DNA from: Malacoraja senta
Lineage: Eukaryota
Length of the DNA stretch: 58,414 bases
Assembly: GCA_038087875.1 (NCBI GenBank)
Contig: JAXLNO010000200.1
Coordinates: 62,001-120,414, forward strand
Direction of reading: 5' to 3'
Shown: in pieces, positions 46,380 through 58,414 of the stretch
Layout of the letters: each line of letters starts with the position of its first letter
Position numbering within the stretch: the first letter of the stretch is position 1
Translations under genes and position numbers: made by a program
Notes under the pieces: generated by a model
Told to the model about the DNA's origin: nothing
What the model saw: only the letters and a program-made list of their open reading frames with translations
The model's database searches: none

Positions 46380-47838
46380 TTCTGTAGACTCAGGATCAGT
46401 TCCTGTGGATTGGAGGGTAGCTAATGTTATCACACTTTTTAAGAAAGGAGGGAGAGAGAAAACAGGGAATTATAGACCAGTTAGCCTGACATCGGTGGTG
46501 GGGAAGATGTTGGAGTCAATTATAAAAGATGAAATAGCCACAGATTTGGTTAGCAGTAACAGGATCGGTTACTGGTCACTTCCTAAATCCATCGGTCAGC
46601 ATGGATTTACGAAGGGGAAATCATGCTTGACTAATCTTCTGGAATTTTTTGAAGATGTAACTAGGAAAATGGACAAGGGAGAACCAGTGGATGTAGTGTA
46701 CCTGAACTTTCAGAAAGCATTTGATAAGGTCCCACATAGGAGATTAGTGGGCAAAATTAGAGCACATGGTATTGGGGGTAAGAGTGCTGACATGGATAGA
46801 GAAGTGGTTGGCAGACAGGAAACAAAGAGTAGGGATTAACGGGTCCCTTTCAGAATGGCAGGCAGTGACTAATTGGGTACCGCAAGGCTCGGTGCTGGGA
46901 CCGCAGCTATTTACAATAAACATCAATGATTTGGTTGAAGGGATTCAAAGTAACATTAGCAAATTTGCAGATGACATAAACTGGGTGACAGTGTGAACTG
47001 CGAGGAAGATGCTATGAGAATGCAGGGTGACTTGGACAGGTTGGGGGAGTGGGCAGATGCATGGCAGATGAAGTTTAATGCAGATAAATGTGAGGTTATC
47101 CACTTTGGTAGCAAAAACAGGAAGGCAGATTACTATCTAAATCATGCCTAATTGGGAAAAGGGGAAGTACAACGGGATCTGGGGGTCCTTGTTCATTAGT
47201 CTATGAAAGTAAGCATGCAGGTACAGCAGGCAGTGAAGAAAGCGAATGGCATGTTGCCCTTTATAACAAGAGGAATCGAATATAGGAGCAAAGAGGTCCT
47301 TCTGCAGTTGTACAGAGCCCTAGTGAGACCACACCTGGAGTATTGTGTGCAGTTTTGGTCCCCTAATTTGTGGAAGGATATTCTTGCTGTTGACGGAGTG
47401 CAGCTTAGGTTATATAAGGTTAATTCCCGGGATGGCGGGACTGTCATATGCTGAGGTAATGTAGCAGCTGGGCTTGTACACTCTGGAGTTTAGAAGGATG
47501 AGAGGGAATCTCATTGAAACGTATAAGATTGTTCAGGGTTTGGACATGCTAGAGGCAGGAAACATGTTCCCGATGTTGAGGGAGTTCAGAACCAGGGGCC
47601 ACAGTTTAAGAATAAGGAGTAAGCCATTTAGAATGGAGACGAGGAAACACTTTTTCTCACAGAGAGTGGTGAGTCTGTGGAATTCTCTGCCTCAGAGGGC
47701 AGTGGAGGCAGGTTCTCTGAATGCTTTCAAGAGAGAGCTAGATAGGGGTCTTAAAAATAGCGGAGTCAGGGGATATGGGGAGAAGGCAGGAACGGGGTAC
47801 TGATTGGGGATGATCAGCCATGATCACATTGAATGGCG
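46380..47838 (+). mobile_element. CR1 RT-to-3' fragment, degraded
   Basis: NYRPVSLTS, QHGFTKGKSCLTNL, VPQGSVLGP and FADD, with frameshifts. Confidence 0.9.
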
Positions 47839-48090
47839 AGAATTACGGTAATAGCCGCTCGTAGGTACTCGGGGCTCTCGTGGACATTTTTCAACATGTT
47901 GAAAAATCTTCACGAGTCTTCCCGAGCTTACCGCGTTTCCCGAGTACCTGCCGTTAGCGTTACGAACCGCTAAGAGACGTCCCAAGCTCCAACGTACCCA
48001 CAACGTACATTCTACGTGCTTACCGCGAGTTTGATTTTTGTTAAAACTCGGGAGAACTCTTGAATTTGCTCGTACAGTGGGAAAACCCCA
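47839..48090 (-). mobile_element. partial copy of the ~290-bp Harbinger-like MITE
   Basis: Reverse-complement homology to 17289-17581 and 55073-55379; one TIR is missing. Confidence 0.75.
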
Positions 48091-48596
48091 TCAGTACCCT
48101 TCTACGAACAGCTTAAATGATATAACTTAGTTGGACTGAAGCACAAACAGAAAGAGTCAAACCGTATAACGCCAACAACAATATTTGGCTTATTTCACAC
48201 AACCTGGGTGCATTCTTTCCATCTGCAGGCAGGAGCTAAGAAGAAAAGGCTGGCTGCAGGATAGTGCCAAGAACATAAGGGGCAGGCTGCAACCTACTGT
48301 GAGTGCCTACAGGATTGAGACATGGGCGGAGCTGATGCATTCTGCCTCTGAGAAACATCTGTTGGCCATATTTAGGATTATTAAAATGGGAGTTATAAAG
48401 CTATTTTACACAGTCTCTTGAAGTTGCTCTTGCAGCCCAGGTTGCTGGAATCGTTCGCATGAAAAGATCAATAAACATTACGAAAGATTCAATGCAATGA
48501 GGAAGTCACCTCTCACTGAATTACATTGTTATAACAACATCTCTTACATGAAGACCCTCTCCATGAATGCCTGCTTCTCACTTTAGACGCCCAGAT

Positions 48597-48890
48597 CACT
48601 TGGATTGTTTTCTCTGTGGCATCGGAGGCTGCGGGGAAACCTGATAGAAGTTACATCAAATAATGAGAGGCATAGATAGAGTGGACAGTCAGAATTTTTA
48701 TCCCAGGGTGGAAATGTCAAAGACCAGAGGACAGAGCTTTAAGCTCAGAGTGGGAAAGTGTAAAGGAGATGTGCAGGGCAAGATTTTTGTTTTACATGTA
48801 AATGAGTGGTGGGTGCCTGGAACACGCTGCCAGGGCTGGCAGTGAAAGCAGATATGATAGTGGCATTTAAGAGGGTTTTAGATTGGCACT
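48597..48890 (+). mobile_element. old CR1 3' fragment, continuing at about 52005-52115 after the Helitron
   Basis: MRGIDRVDSQNFYPRV; the tail resumes at atatgcaaggaatgga. Confidence 0.6.
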
Positions 48891-49247
48891 GAGGTGTATA
48901 TATTACTAAAAGTCTGATCTTGACCATTTCCTGTTGTTCTATATATTGATTTTAGAAAAAACGCTGTCACTTGCGGCTTTGATATTTGGCCATCTTACTC
49001 AGTCTCCCTCCGCCGTGCAGGACAAGAGGATTTTTCCCATCGATGAAAAATAAAAGTGTTATTAGTGTTTAAAAAATGTTGAGATTCTCTCTCCTGAAGG
49101 CCACTTCCCTTCCGGAGGGACTATAAAACCCGGAAGTGTTGAGTGCCTGAGAGTCTCTGCAAGATGGGGGAAGAGAGTCACGTCTCTCAGTCTGAGCTGT
49201 GAATAACACTGAACACATGTCTACTAAACTGTGAGTGTGGTTTTACT

Positions 49248-49643
49248 CAAAGATCCTATAGCAGAGCAAGATGGATCACTCCTGCTAAATGCAATGGGCT
49301 GACGTGTAGTATGCAACGGAACGGAACGTTGGGCCTTTTTTTCATCCATTTCCGTAACTGGACCCGACCCGACTCGCAGTGTAATCAACGTTGCGGGGGA
49401 ACAGTTTGTGTTAATAAATTAAAATTCTGAAAATGAGGAGAAGATTTTTCCCAAATAACTATTATTTTTATTAGGATGTTTCCGTAACCGGCTTCCATCT
49501 CCGCACTATTATCCTATGGGATCTTTGGTGCGGAGTCGGAAACCGGTTACGGAAATGGGGCCTTAAATTACCCACGAATCTGCCCATGACTGTACTACGT
49601 CTTTTTCGTCCAGAGGACTATCTTGCTCGCTACAGGATCTTTG
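49248..49643. mobile_element. hAT-like MITE (396 bp)
   Basis: Imperfect TIR CAAAGATCCT(A/G)TAGC(A)GAGCAAGAT, 8-bp TSD GTTTTACT / ATTTTACT, CA...TG ends. Confidence 0.75.
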
Positions 49644-50325
49644 ATTTTACTGACCTTGAGTGCCCTTAATGTGGTTTGAAAATGAAAATGTGGTGGTGGT
49701 TTGAAGTGAAGCACAGCAAATGGCTGTTGTTGGTGGTCGGTTTGAAGTGAAGCACAGCAAATGACTGTTGGTGGTGGATACTTGACAACTTCCTGTTTGC
49801 ACTGTATATTGATTTTAGATAAAACGCTACCACTTATGGCTGTGATTTTTGGCCATCTTACTCAGTCCCCCTCCGCTCATCTGGTGCAGAGGATTCTTCC
49901 CATCAATGAAAAATAAAAGTGTTATTGGTGTTTAAAAAATGTTCAGAATCACTCTCCTGTCCATCACGCCATGAAGGCCACGCCCCTTCTGGTGGGAGGG
50001 GGGAGGGATTATAAAACCCAGAAGTGTGGGTGTGGCTCAACCTCTGCAAGATGGGGGGAGGGAGTGGTCATGACTGTCTGAGCTGTGAATCAACTGAATA
50101 GTGTGGTGTTTATGTGGTGTTTTGTGTGGTTTTATGGTGGTTTCACCCTACTTGAAATGGTATGAAACTGCATTTGAATGTGGTTGCCTTGCACCCTGCA
50201 TGAAATGGTATGGAACTGCATTTGAATGTGGTTGCCTTGCACCCTGCATGAAATGGTATGGAACTGCACTTGAATTTGGTGGCCTTGCACCCTGCTTGAA
50301 ATGGCATGAAACTGCACTTGAATTT

Positions 50326-50612
50326 TAAGAATAAGGAGTAAGCCATTTAGAACGGAGACGAGGAAACACTTTTTCTCACAGAGAGTGGTGAGTCTGTGGA
50401 ATTCTCTGCCTCAGAGGTTGGTGGAGGCAGGTTCTCTGGATGCTTTCAAGAGAGAGCTAGATAGGACTCTTAAAAATAGTGGAGTCAGGGGATATGGGGA
50501 GAAGGCAGGAACAGGGTACTGATTGGGAATGATCAGCCATGATTACATTGAATGGTGGTGCTGGCTCGAAGGGCCGAATGGCCTACTCCTGCACCTATTG
50601 TCTATTGTCTAT
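50326..50612 (+). mobile_element. CR1 3' fragment inserted in the satellite
   Basis: Near-identical to 47605-47838; (ctattgt)n tail. Confidence 0.85.
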
Positions 50613-50696
50613 TGAATTTGGTGGCCTTGCACCCAGCTTGAATTGGCATGAAACTGCACTTGAATTTGATGGTCTTGCACCCTGCTTGAAGTGGTA

Positions 50697-51290
50697 TCAG
50701 ATTCAGATTCAGATTCAACTTTATTGTCATTGTGCAGTGTACAGTACAGAGACAACGAAATGCAGTTAGCATCTCCCTAGAAGAGCGACATAAATATGAG
50801 CAGTAAATAAATAAATCTAATAAATCCTGGTGGGAGGAGTGTCCGGGGGGGGGGGGGGGTGTGTGATTGGCAGTCACCGAGGTACAGTGTTGAGTAGTGT
50901 AACCGCCGCAGGGAAGAAGCTGTTCCTGGACCTGCTGGTCCGGCAACGGAGAGACCTGTAGCGCCTCCCGGATGGTAGGAGGGTAAACAGTCTGTGGTTG
51001 GGGTGAGAGCAGTCCTTGGCGATGCTGAGCGCCCTTCGCAGACAACGCTTGCTTTGGACAGACTCAATGGAGGGGAGTGAGGAACCGGTGATGCGTTGGG
51101 CAATTTTCACCACCCTCTGCAGTGCTTTCCGGTCGGAGACAGAGCAGTTGCCATACCATACTGTGATGCAGTTGGTAAGGATGCTCTCGATGGTGCAGCG
51201 GTAGAAGTTCACCAGAATCCGAGGAGACAGATGGACCTTCTTTAGTCTCCTCAGGAAGAAGAGACGCTGGTGAGCCTTCTTGACCAGAGT
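50697..51290 (-). mobile_element. Rex1-like 3' fragment (third subfamily) inserted in the satellite
   Basis: [16 protein letters not shown]...LLPSGRRYRSL; tail ATGACAATAAA plus (GAATCT)n. Confidence 0.85.
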
Positions 51291-51967
51291 TGAAACTGCA
51301 CTTGAATTTGGTGGCCTTGCACCCTGCTTGAAGTGGTACGAAACTGCACCTGAATTTATGTGGCCTTGCACCCTGCTTGAAGTGTTAAGAAACTGCACTT
51401 GAATTTGGTGGCCTTGCACCCTGCTTGAAATGGCATGATACTGCACTTGAATTTGGTGGCCTTGCACCCTGCTTGAAATGGCATGAAACTGCACTTGCAT
51501 TTGGTGGCCTTGCACCCTGCTTGAAGTGGCATGAAACTGCACATTAATTTGGTGCCCTTGCACCCTGCTTGATGTGGCATGAAACTGCACTTGAATTTGG
51601 TGGCCTTGTACCCTGCTTGATGTGGCATGAAACTGCACTTGAATTTGGTTGCCTTGCACCCTGCTTGAAATGGAATTTCAAGGAATAGCCGTGAGTCAAC
51701 TGCCAGCCCACCAGCCATGAGTGAGCTGTCAGCTCATCAGGCTTGAGTGACTGAGCTGCCACCCCAAGAATCCATTTGGCCCACAATGTCCATATTAGCC
51801 CTCTGGAAACCAGTCCCTTCAGCCCATAACACCCATACTAGTCCTCCAGAAAGCCTCCCCCCCCACCCCCACTGGCCACCAATATTGGAATTGGTGGAGA
51901 GGTGGAATATTGCGTTGGGGTCAGCCCTCCCGTGTGAACATGGGACCCAACGGGTCCCACAGTCTAG

Positions 51968-51999
<32 letters not shown>

Positions 52000-52589
52000 C
52001 ATATATATGCAAGGAATGGAAGGACATGGATCACATGCAGGCAGAAGGCATATTTATCTTGGCATCATGTTCAACATGGATATCGTGAGGCAAGGGGTCT
52101 GTTCCTGTGCTCTAGATGCAGCAATGCGTGTATCATCAGTGCCAGGATAAATGGCAAAGTCAGATGCAAACCATTTCTCTAGACCACTTTGACGGAACAA
52201 TTCTGCAGTGGATAAGGTTGCAGGACAGACCTAAGGCACCCCTTTCCATATAATGTCCAGGAGCCCAATCTACTGCCAGTGTTGGTGGAACTGCTTGAGG
52301 TGATCTGGTTTTGCTGCAAGCAATGCAAGAACATTGGATTGGATGGACATCTTCAAGCTCACCCGTTCCAGAAGACATGGTCCCTAGACCCATCCACATG
52401 CATAATACCACCAAATTTGTGCATTTCTATTTCTGGAAGAAAACTATTTAGTGCATCATTCTCACTGACTGGTGGCGATTATTCAGTACAGTTTATTCTG
52501 ATAATAAATCTTTTGGTGGATTGAGAGAAAAAAACAGAGGAGAACATTGGTGGATTGAGAGAAAGATGATTATTATATATATTTTTTTA

Positions 52590-52888
52590 CTTTAGAGATA
52601 CCGCGTGGAAACAGGCCCTTCGGCCCACCGAATCAGCACCAACCAGTGATCACCCCATACACTAGCACTATCCTGCACACTAGGGACAATTTACAACTTA
52701 CAGAAGCCAATTACCTTGTAAACCTGTACAGCTTTGGAGTGTGAGAGGAAACCGGAGCACCTGGAGAAAAGCCACATGGTCACAGGGAGAACATACAAAC
52801 TCCGTACAGGCAGCACCCATAGTCAGGATCGAACCTGGGTCTCTGGAATTTAAGTCAGCAACTCTACCTCTGCAACACTGTGCTGCCA
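52590..52888 (-). mobile_element. tRNA-derived SINE (HE1-like)
   Basis: B box GGTTCGATCC on the minus strand; homologous to 3686-3947. Confidence 0.8.
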
Positions 52889-53242
52889 AATTATGTTTAT
52901 AGGTGTCTTGCAAGACTACAGTACATTTCAGGCAATCATTTAAAAAGCACCCTGTAGCTGAGTCCTCTCCCATTTGTAAACCTTGGCCCACAACCGAGCA
53001 GATCTCATTGGCACCTTTCCCACAAAACCCATGTATTGCGGGTACTGCCAGGCCTAGAGAGATCAATTCAGAAAATTGATTTGGGCTTCCCCTGTAAAAT
53101 GATGCCAGCACTCGCTGTGAATGAGCTGTTGCTGTGACAGGAAATCTGCAAATGGGAAAAACCAATCCAACTTGACAGGGACCAGGAGGTACACACTTTA
53201 CCGGAGAAGTCTCCTGACAGCATCAACTGCTCAGAAAAGTTA

Positions 53243-53665
53243 AGGGCCTGTCCCACTTAGGAGACCTAAACAGCAATCTCTGGTGACCATTCCCGCCACA
53301 CAAAAAAAAATCAAGGTCGAGGTGACCTGCAACCTCCTACCACCTCCTACCACCTCCCACGCATATGTTGAAAACCTTCCTTGACTATGAAGAAAACCTC
53401 CTTCGACCTCCCTTGACTACCTTCGACTAGAGTCGCAACCGGCTTTGACTAGACCTGCGACAAAAAACGTATCGATTTTTAGTCGAGGCCGGTTTTAATC
53501 ATGATGAAAAAATAGCAGCAACCTAGATGAAGCTTCGACCACGCGGAAACCACTTTCGACCATTAGGGAGAGTGACCAAAACCTCCTGTGACCTCATGGA
53601 AACCTTGGGTGGTGGGCAAGGTCACCAGAGGTTGCTGTTTAGGTCTCCTAAGTGGGACAGGCCCT
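53243..53665. mobile_element. Harbinger-like MITE (423 bp)
   Basis: About 45-bp TIR AGGGCCTGTCCCACTTAGGAGACCTAAACAGCAA..CTCTGGTGACC; flanks tta/taa. Confidence 0.85.
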
Positions 53666-53764
53666 TAACTCACAAGCTGTGCGGTGCTCTCCATCCACAT
53701 TCACACTAGATGTGTAACTGAACCCTGTAGACTGTCTTGAACAGTTTTGTAGGACATTGGTTAT

Positions 53765-54700
53765 AGTCATAGAGTCAAAGAGTGATACAGTGTGGAAACA
53801 GGCCTTTTGGCCCAACTTGCCCACACCGGCCAATATGTCCCAGCTATACTAGACCCACCTGCCCGCATTTGGTCCATATCCCTCCTAACCTGTCCTATCC
53901 ATGTACCTGTTTCATAAATGATGGGATGGTCCCAGCCTTAACTACCTCCTCTGGCAGCATGTTCCATACACCCACCACCCACTATGTGAAAAAACTACCC
54001 TTTGGATTCCTGCTAAATCCTTTCCCCTTCACCTTGAACCTAGGTCCTCTGGTCCTCGATCCCCCTACTCTGGGCAAGAGAATCTGTGCATCTACCCAAT
54101 CTATTCCTCTCATGATGTTATACACCTCTATAAGATCACCCCTCGTCCTCTTTCGCCCCAAGTAAGAGAGACCCTGCCTACTCAACCTCTCCCTCCAGCT
54201 CACAGCCTCTAGTCCTGGCAACATCCTCATAAATCTTTTCTGAACCCATGCAAGCTTGACAAGGTTAGGCCGCATTTGAAGTATTGCTTGTAGTTCTGTA
54301 GGTATTAGCTACAAAGCGACTTGATTGTTTTCTCTGGAATGTCACAAGTTGAGGGGAAGCCCGATAGAAGTTTATAAAATTATGGGTGGCAATCAGTCAG
54401 ACCCCTTTTCCCAAGATGGAAATATCAAATACAAGAGCTCACAGCTTTAAGGTTTGAGGGGTAAAGTTTAAAGAAGATATGCAGATGTAATTTTTTTTAC
54501 AGAGTGGGTGATGGTGGTGGTGGTGGAAACTACGATAGTGGCATTGGGACTTTCGGATAAGCACATTGATATCCAGGGAATGGAGGAATATGGATAATGT
54601 GCAGGCAGTCTTGGTCTTCGCATCCTGTGTCCAGCACAGACATTGTGGGCCAAAGGGCCTGTTCCTGTGCTGCACTGTCCTATATCCTGTGCCGTATGTT
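53765..54700. mobile_element. two old CR1 3' fragments joined head-to-head (minus 53765-54250, plus about 54255-54700)
   Basis: Minus ORF RGDLIEVYNIMRGID; the plus-strand CR1 pieces end gggcctgttcctgtgctg. Confidence 0.6.
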
Positions 54701-55072
54701 CTACATTGAATGTTCTATGTTCAATGTTTTATGATAGGTTTTGTGCAGGCTTTGTCACACCATAGGTTATCCGCATATATGCTAAAGCCATGAGGGTCTC
54801 CCACTTATCATTATACCAATGAGCAATAACACCAGCTCATCAGATGCAGAGATAGTAATGAAAGTTTACTTCATCTGTAGCTTCAGATACATTACTGGAA
54901 AAGGCACTTGAGACATAATAATTACAAAGGGGGTGAAGAAAAAACAGGGGACAGGGACTGATGTTCTTCCAGGAGCAAGCCTGGACATGATGGGCTGACT
55001 GGCCTCCTATTTTATAATAATTCTATAATTTGAAAAATAGAATTATGTAGTTTTCAATGTTTGGCTACCTTA

Positions 55073-55379
55073 AGCACCTGTCCCACTGTACGAGGTAATT
55101 CAAGAGGTCTCCCGAGTTCTAAAAAAAAATCAAACTCGTGGTAAGTACGTAGAATGTACTTACCAATACGTCGTAGCTCGGGACGTCTCTCAGCGGCTCG
55201 TAACGCTAACGGCAGGTACTCGGGAAACGCGGTAAACTCGTGAACTTTTTTCAACAGTGTGAAAAATGTCCACGAGAGCCCCGAGTACCTACGAACGGCC
55301 ATTACCGTAATTCTCCGTGCTCGAATCAGGGGAAACTCGGGAGGACTCTTGAAATACCTCGTACAGTGGGACAGGGGCA
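55073..55379. mobile_element. Harbinger-like MITE (~307 bp), same family as 17289-17581
   Basis: TIR CCTGTCCCACTGTACGAGGTA; TTA on both flanks. Confidence 0.85.
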
Positions 55380-55971
55380 TTAGGAATTCTAAGTTAATGA
55401 TGCTGGAAGATCATTTTCCTTTAGATTTCATTACACATACTACATGTGTTTTACCATTTGAGAAAGGTCTGACTAATTTGAGGCTCTCAAGTCAAACAAG
55501 CTCACATTTCAGGAGGTGACTACAACACAGCATCAGCACAATATATATTACAGTTGCACCACAACTAAAATGGTTCCTGGTTTGAAAAACAGATTTCAAA
55601 GCTTTGTTGTGTAGTGAATAAAAATATTGGAAGAGTACATCCTACCTGGTTGAAAAGAAATGATAACAAAAATTCTAGATTAATAAAAATCCAGTAATTA
55701 TTTTTGACATATATTGCTTATTATTTATATATTTTTGAAGGAATAATGCATTGATGTTCAATAGTAGAGACCCTCTTGTTCTTTTTCATTGTTCTATGTA
55801 AATTGGCAAACTGACAAAAGTTGCAACATTGATAAAGTTGCAAAACTTGACAAAATCTCAATCTAAAATCAGTTACATTAACTACTCTTTATTTCTGAAG
55901 GAAACACCCAGCTACCCAGCCATCACTCCTGTGTTTTGTAACCACATTTGCTCTTGCTCTCAAGAGTTTTA

Positions 55972-56549
55972 AGGGGCTGTCCCACTTGGGCGATCTAATT
56001 GGCGAGTTTAGAAGAGTTTGAAAAAATGACATGTTGAAGACCTCCTTAGACTATGCAGAAGACCTCCTTCGACCTCCTTCCACTATGTTGAAGACCAGCT
56101 TCAACTAGCTATGACTAACTTCGGGAAAATTGGACACAGAATAGTGGAGAGTGAAGACGACCTCCTTCGACCACCCTTCTACCTCCCTTTGACTATGATG
56201 AAGACTATCTACGACTACCTTCGACTACCCTCGATTACCTAACATGCTGACCTACTACGACCTATTACGACCTACTACGACTAAACCTACGAGTAAAAAA
56301 AGTAGAGATTTTTTCCATGGCGATATAGATATTAAAAAAGTATAGATTTTTTCCGTTACTTGCAGGCATTTTTTAACATATTGAAAAAAACGCTGCGGCC
56401 TAGCTGAGGCCTCGAGTCACGGCGACCACTCTCAAGCATGAAGGAGAATTATGAACTCCTACGACCTCGTGTCGACCATGCTACGAATATGAGTCGAGGG
56501 CAAACTCGCCAGAACTCGCGGATTAGGTCGCCCAAGTGGGACAGCCCCT
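55972..56549. mobile_element. Harbinger-like MITE (578 bp)
   Basis: TIR AGGGGCTGTCCCACTTGGGCGA(T/C)CTAAT, TTA TSD, internal short CTTCGAC/CTACGAC repeats. Confidence 0.85.
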
Positions 56550-56809
56550 TTACACTCTGAGAGTTTTACATTCTCAAGAGTGCAACATTATTGCCCCATG
56601 TTTTCAAGGCTCTTCATGGCCTCAAGTCTGCCTAATTTCTAATCCCAGATCCATCACGTGTGCTGCCAATGAGACCTACACAGCACATTTTCCACCAAAA
56701 GCAAACTCTTGTAATTTGCTATATAAATAATTGGAAATCCCGCTGGCCGTGCAACTTGCTTACTGGGGCCCAATTTTATCATATTTTTGTCAAGCCTTTG
56801 ATATCATTA

Positions 56810-58133
56810 GATAGAAACATATAAACATAGAAAATAGGTGCAGGAGTAGGCCATTCGTCCCTTCGAGCCTGCACCGCCATTCAATATAATCATGGCTGAC
56901 CATCCAACTCAGTATCCTGTACCTGCCTTCTCACCATACTCCCTGATCCCTTTAGCCACAAGGGCCACATCTAACTCCCTCTTAAATATAGCCAATGAAC
57001 TGGCCTCAACTACCTTCTGTGGCAGAGAATTCCACAGATTCACCACTCTCTGTGTGAAAAATGTTTTTCTCATCTCGGTCCTAAAAGATTTCCCCCTTAT
57101 CCTTAAACTGTGACCCCTTGTTCTGGACTTCCCCAACATCGGGAACAATCTTCCTGCATCTAGCCTGTCCAACCCCTTAAGAATTTTGTAAGTTTCTATA
57201 AGATCCCCCCTCAATCTTCTAAATTCTAGCGAGTACAAGCCGAGTCTATCCAGTCTTTCTTCATATGAAAGTCCTGACATCCCAGGAATCAGTCTGGTGA
57301 ACCTTCTCTGTACTCCCTCTATGGCAATAATGTCTTTCCTCAGATTAGGAGACCAAAACTGTACGCAATACTCCAGGAGTGGTCTCACCAAGACCCTGTA
57401 CAACTGCAGTAGAACCTCCCTGCTCCTATACTCAAATCCTCTTGCTATGAATGCTAACATACCATTCGCTTTCTTCACTGCCTGCTGCACCTGCATGTCT
57501 ACTTTCAATGACTGGTGTACCATGACACCCAGGTCTCGTTGCATCTCCCCTTTTCCAAATCGGCCACCATTCAGATAATAGTCTACTTTCCTCTTTTTGC
57601 CACCAAAGTGGATAACCTCACATTTATCCACATTTTACTGCATCTGCCATGCATTTGCCCACTCACCCAGCCTATCCAAGTCACCTTGCAGCCTCCTAGC
57701 ATCTTCCTCACAGCTAACACTGCCCCCCAGCTTCGTGTCATCTGCAAACTTGGAGATGTTGCATTTAAATCCCTCGTCCAAATCATTAATTTGGTAGGCT
57801 GCTTTGTCTGGCTAATTTGTATGCTTCATCTTTTGTTTTGATACTATCCCTGATTTCCCTTGTTATCCACGGATGCACTACCTTCCCTGATTTATTCTTT
57901 TGCCAAACTGGGATGAACAATTGTTGTAGTTCATCCATGCAGTCTTTAAATGCCTTCCATTGCACATCCACCGTCAACCCTTTAAGAATCAATTGCCAGT
58001 CTATCTTGGCCAATTCATGTCTCATACCCTTAAAGTTACCTTTCTTTAAGTTCAGAACCCTTGTTTCTGAATTAATTATGTCACCCTCCATCCTAATGAA
58101 GAACTCAACCATATTATGGTCACTCTTGCCCAA
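56810..58133 (-). mobile_element. young CR1 with an internal deletion of about 1 kb
   Basis: ORF 56909-57631 (RT C-terminus) is joined near 57790 to the EN-linker piece GKSDHNMVEFF...KLARQSS. Confidence 0.9.
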
Positions 58134-58149
58134 GATGGATATTTGTGAC

Positions 58150-58360
58150 AGATGGGGTGGGGAGGGGTGGAGGAGAGGGGGAAGGGGGTTTAGGGGAGGG
58201 AGGGTGGGGGAGGGCAGGGGTGTGGGGAAGAAGAAGGGGGAGAGAGAGAGGGAGGGGGAGAGAGAGAGAGGGAGGGGGGAGAGAGAGAGAGGGAGAGAGA
58301 GAGAGAGAGAGAGAGGGGGGGAGAGAGAGATGGGGAGAGAGAGATGGGAGAGACAGAGTG
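58150..58360. repeat. G/A-rich polypurine microsatellite
   Basis: Seen directly. Confidence 0.9.
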
Positions 58361-58414
58361 AGCGAAATGCAACCGTGCATCACACGTTCATACGGTTCTG
58401 GAAATGAAGCGTCC

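Larger units (their letters stand above)
50140..51675. repeat. 48-bp minisatellite array, interrupted twice by LINE fragments
   Basis: Unit GAATTTGGTGGCCTTGCACCCTGCTTGAAATGGCATGAAACTGCACTT. Confidence 0.9.
48895..51967 (+). mobile_element. non-autonomous Helitron-like element, copy 3, with duplicated 5' module
   Basis: Start TGTATATATTACTAAAAGTC (TC altered), second 5' module from about 49781, 48-bp satellite, hairpin at 51941-51959, end CTAG|T. Confidence 0.8.

Noticed and set aside
50874..51659. 261-aa ORF as a novel repeat-RT fusion protein
   Set aside because: It is a chance in-frame join of the 48-bp satellite with a truncated Rex1-like fragment and has no RT core.
43342..58414. First coding exon of the aminopeptidase (TM anchor, RLP motif)
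   Set aside because: No matching minus-strand ORF was found; it probably lies beyond the window.

Overview
Vertebrate intronic DNA, most likely from a cartilaginous fish (skate or ray). That is an inference from HE1/V-SINE-like tRNA SINEs that share their 3' tail with HER1/CR1-type LINEs. The only host gene I can support is a minus-strand M1 zinc aminopeptidase, most like laeverin/aminopeptidase Q (LVRN). Three internal exons (43199-43341, 15868-16004, 2767-2893) splice in frame across introns of about 27 kb and 13 kb; the first exon and the catalytic exons lie outside the window. The rest is mostly nested mobile DNA: CR1 LINEs (one with an uninterrupted ORF2), Rex1/Babar-like LINEs, RTE-like and other degraded LINEs, a Penelope-like element with inverted pseudo-LTRs carrying minimal hammerhead-ribozyme motifs, tRNA-derived SINEs, a solo LTR, and PIF/Harbinger-like and hAT-like MITEs. 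Two less obvious families stand out. One is three 3-4 kb non-autonomous Helitron-like elements (TC start, terminal hairpin, CTAG end) carrying a promoter-like cassette and copy-specific minisatellites. The other is a GC-rich, non-tRNA retroposon of about 860 bp that carries a Rex1-type 3' signal. Family assignments come from motif recognition only; no database search was run, and many repeat boundaries are approximate.
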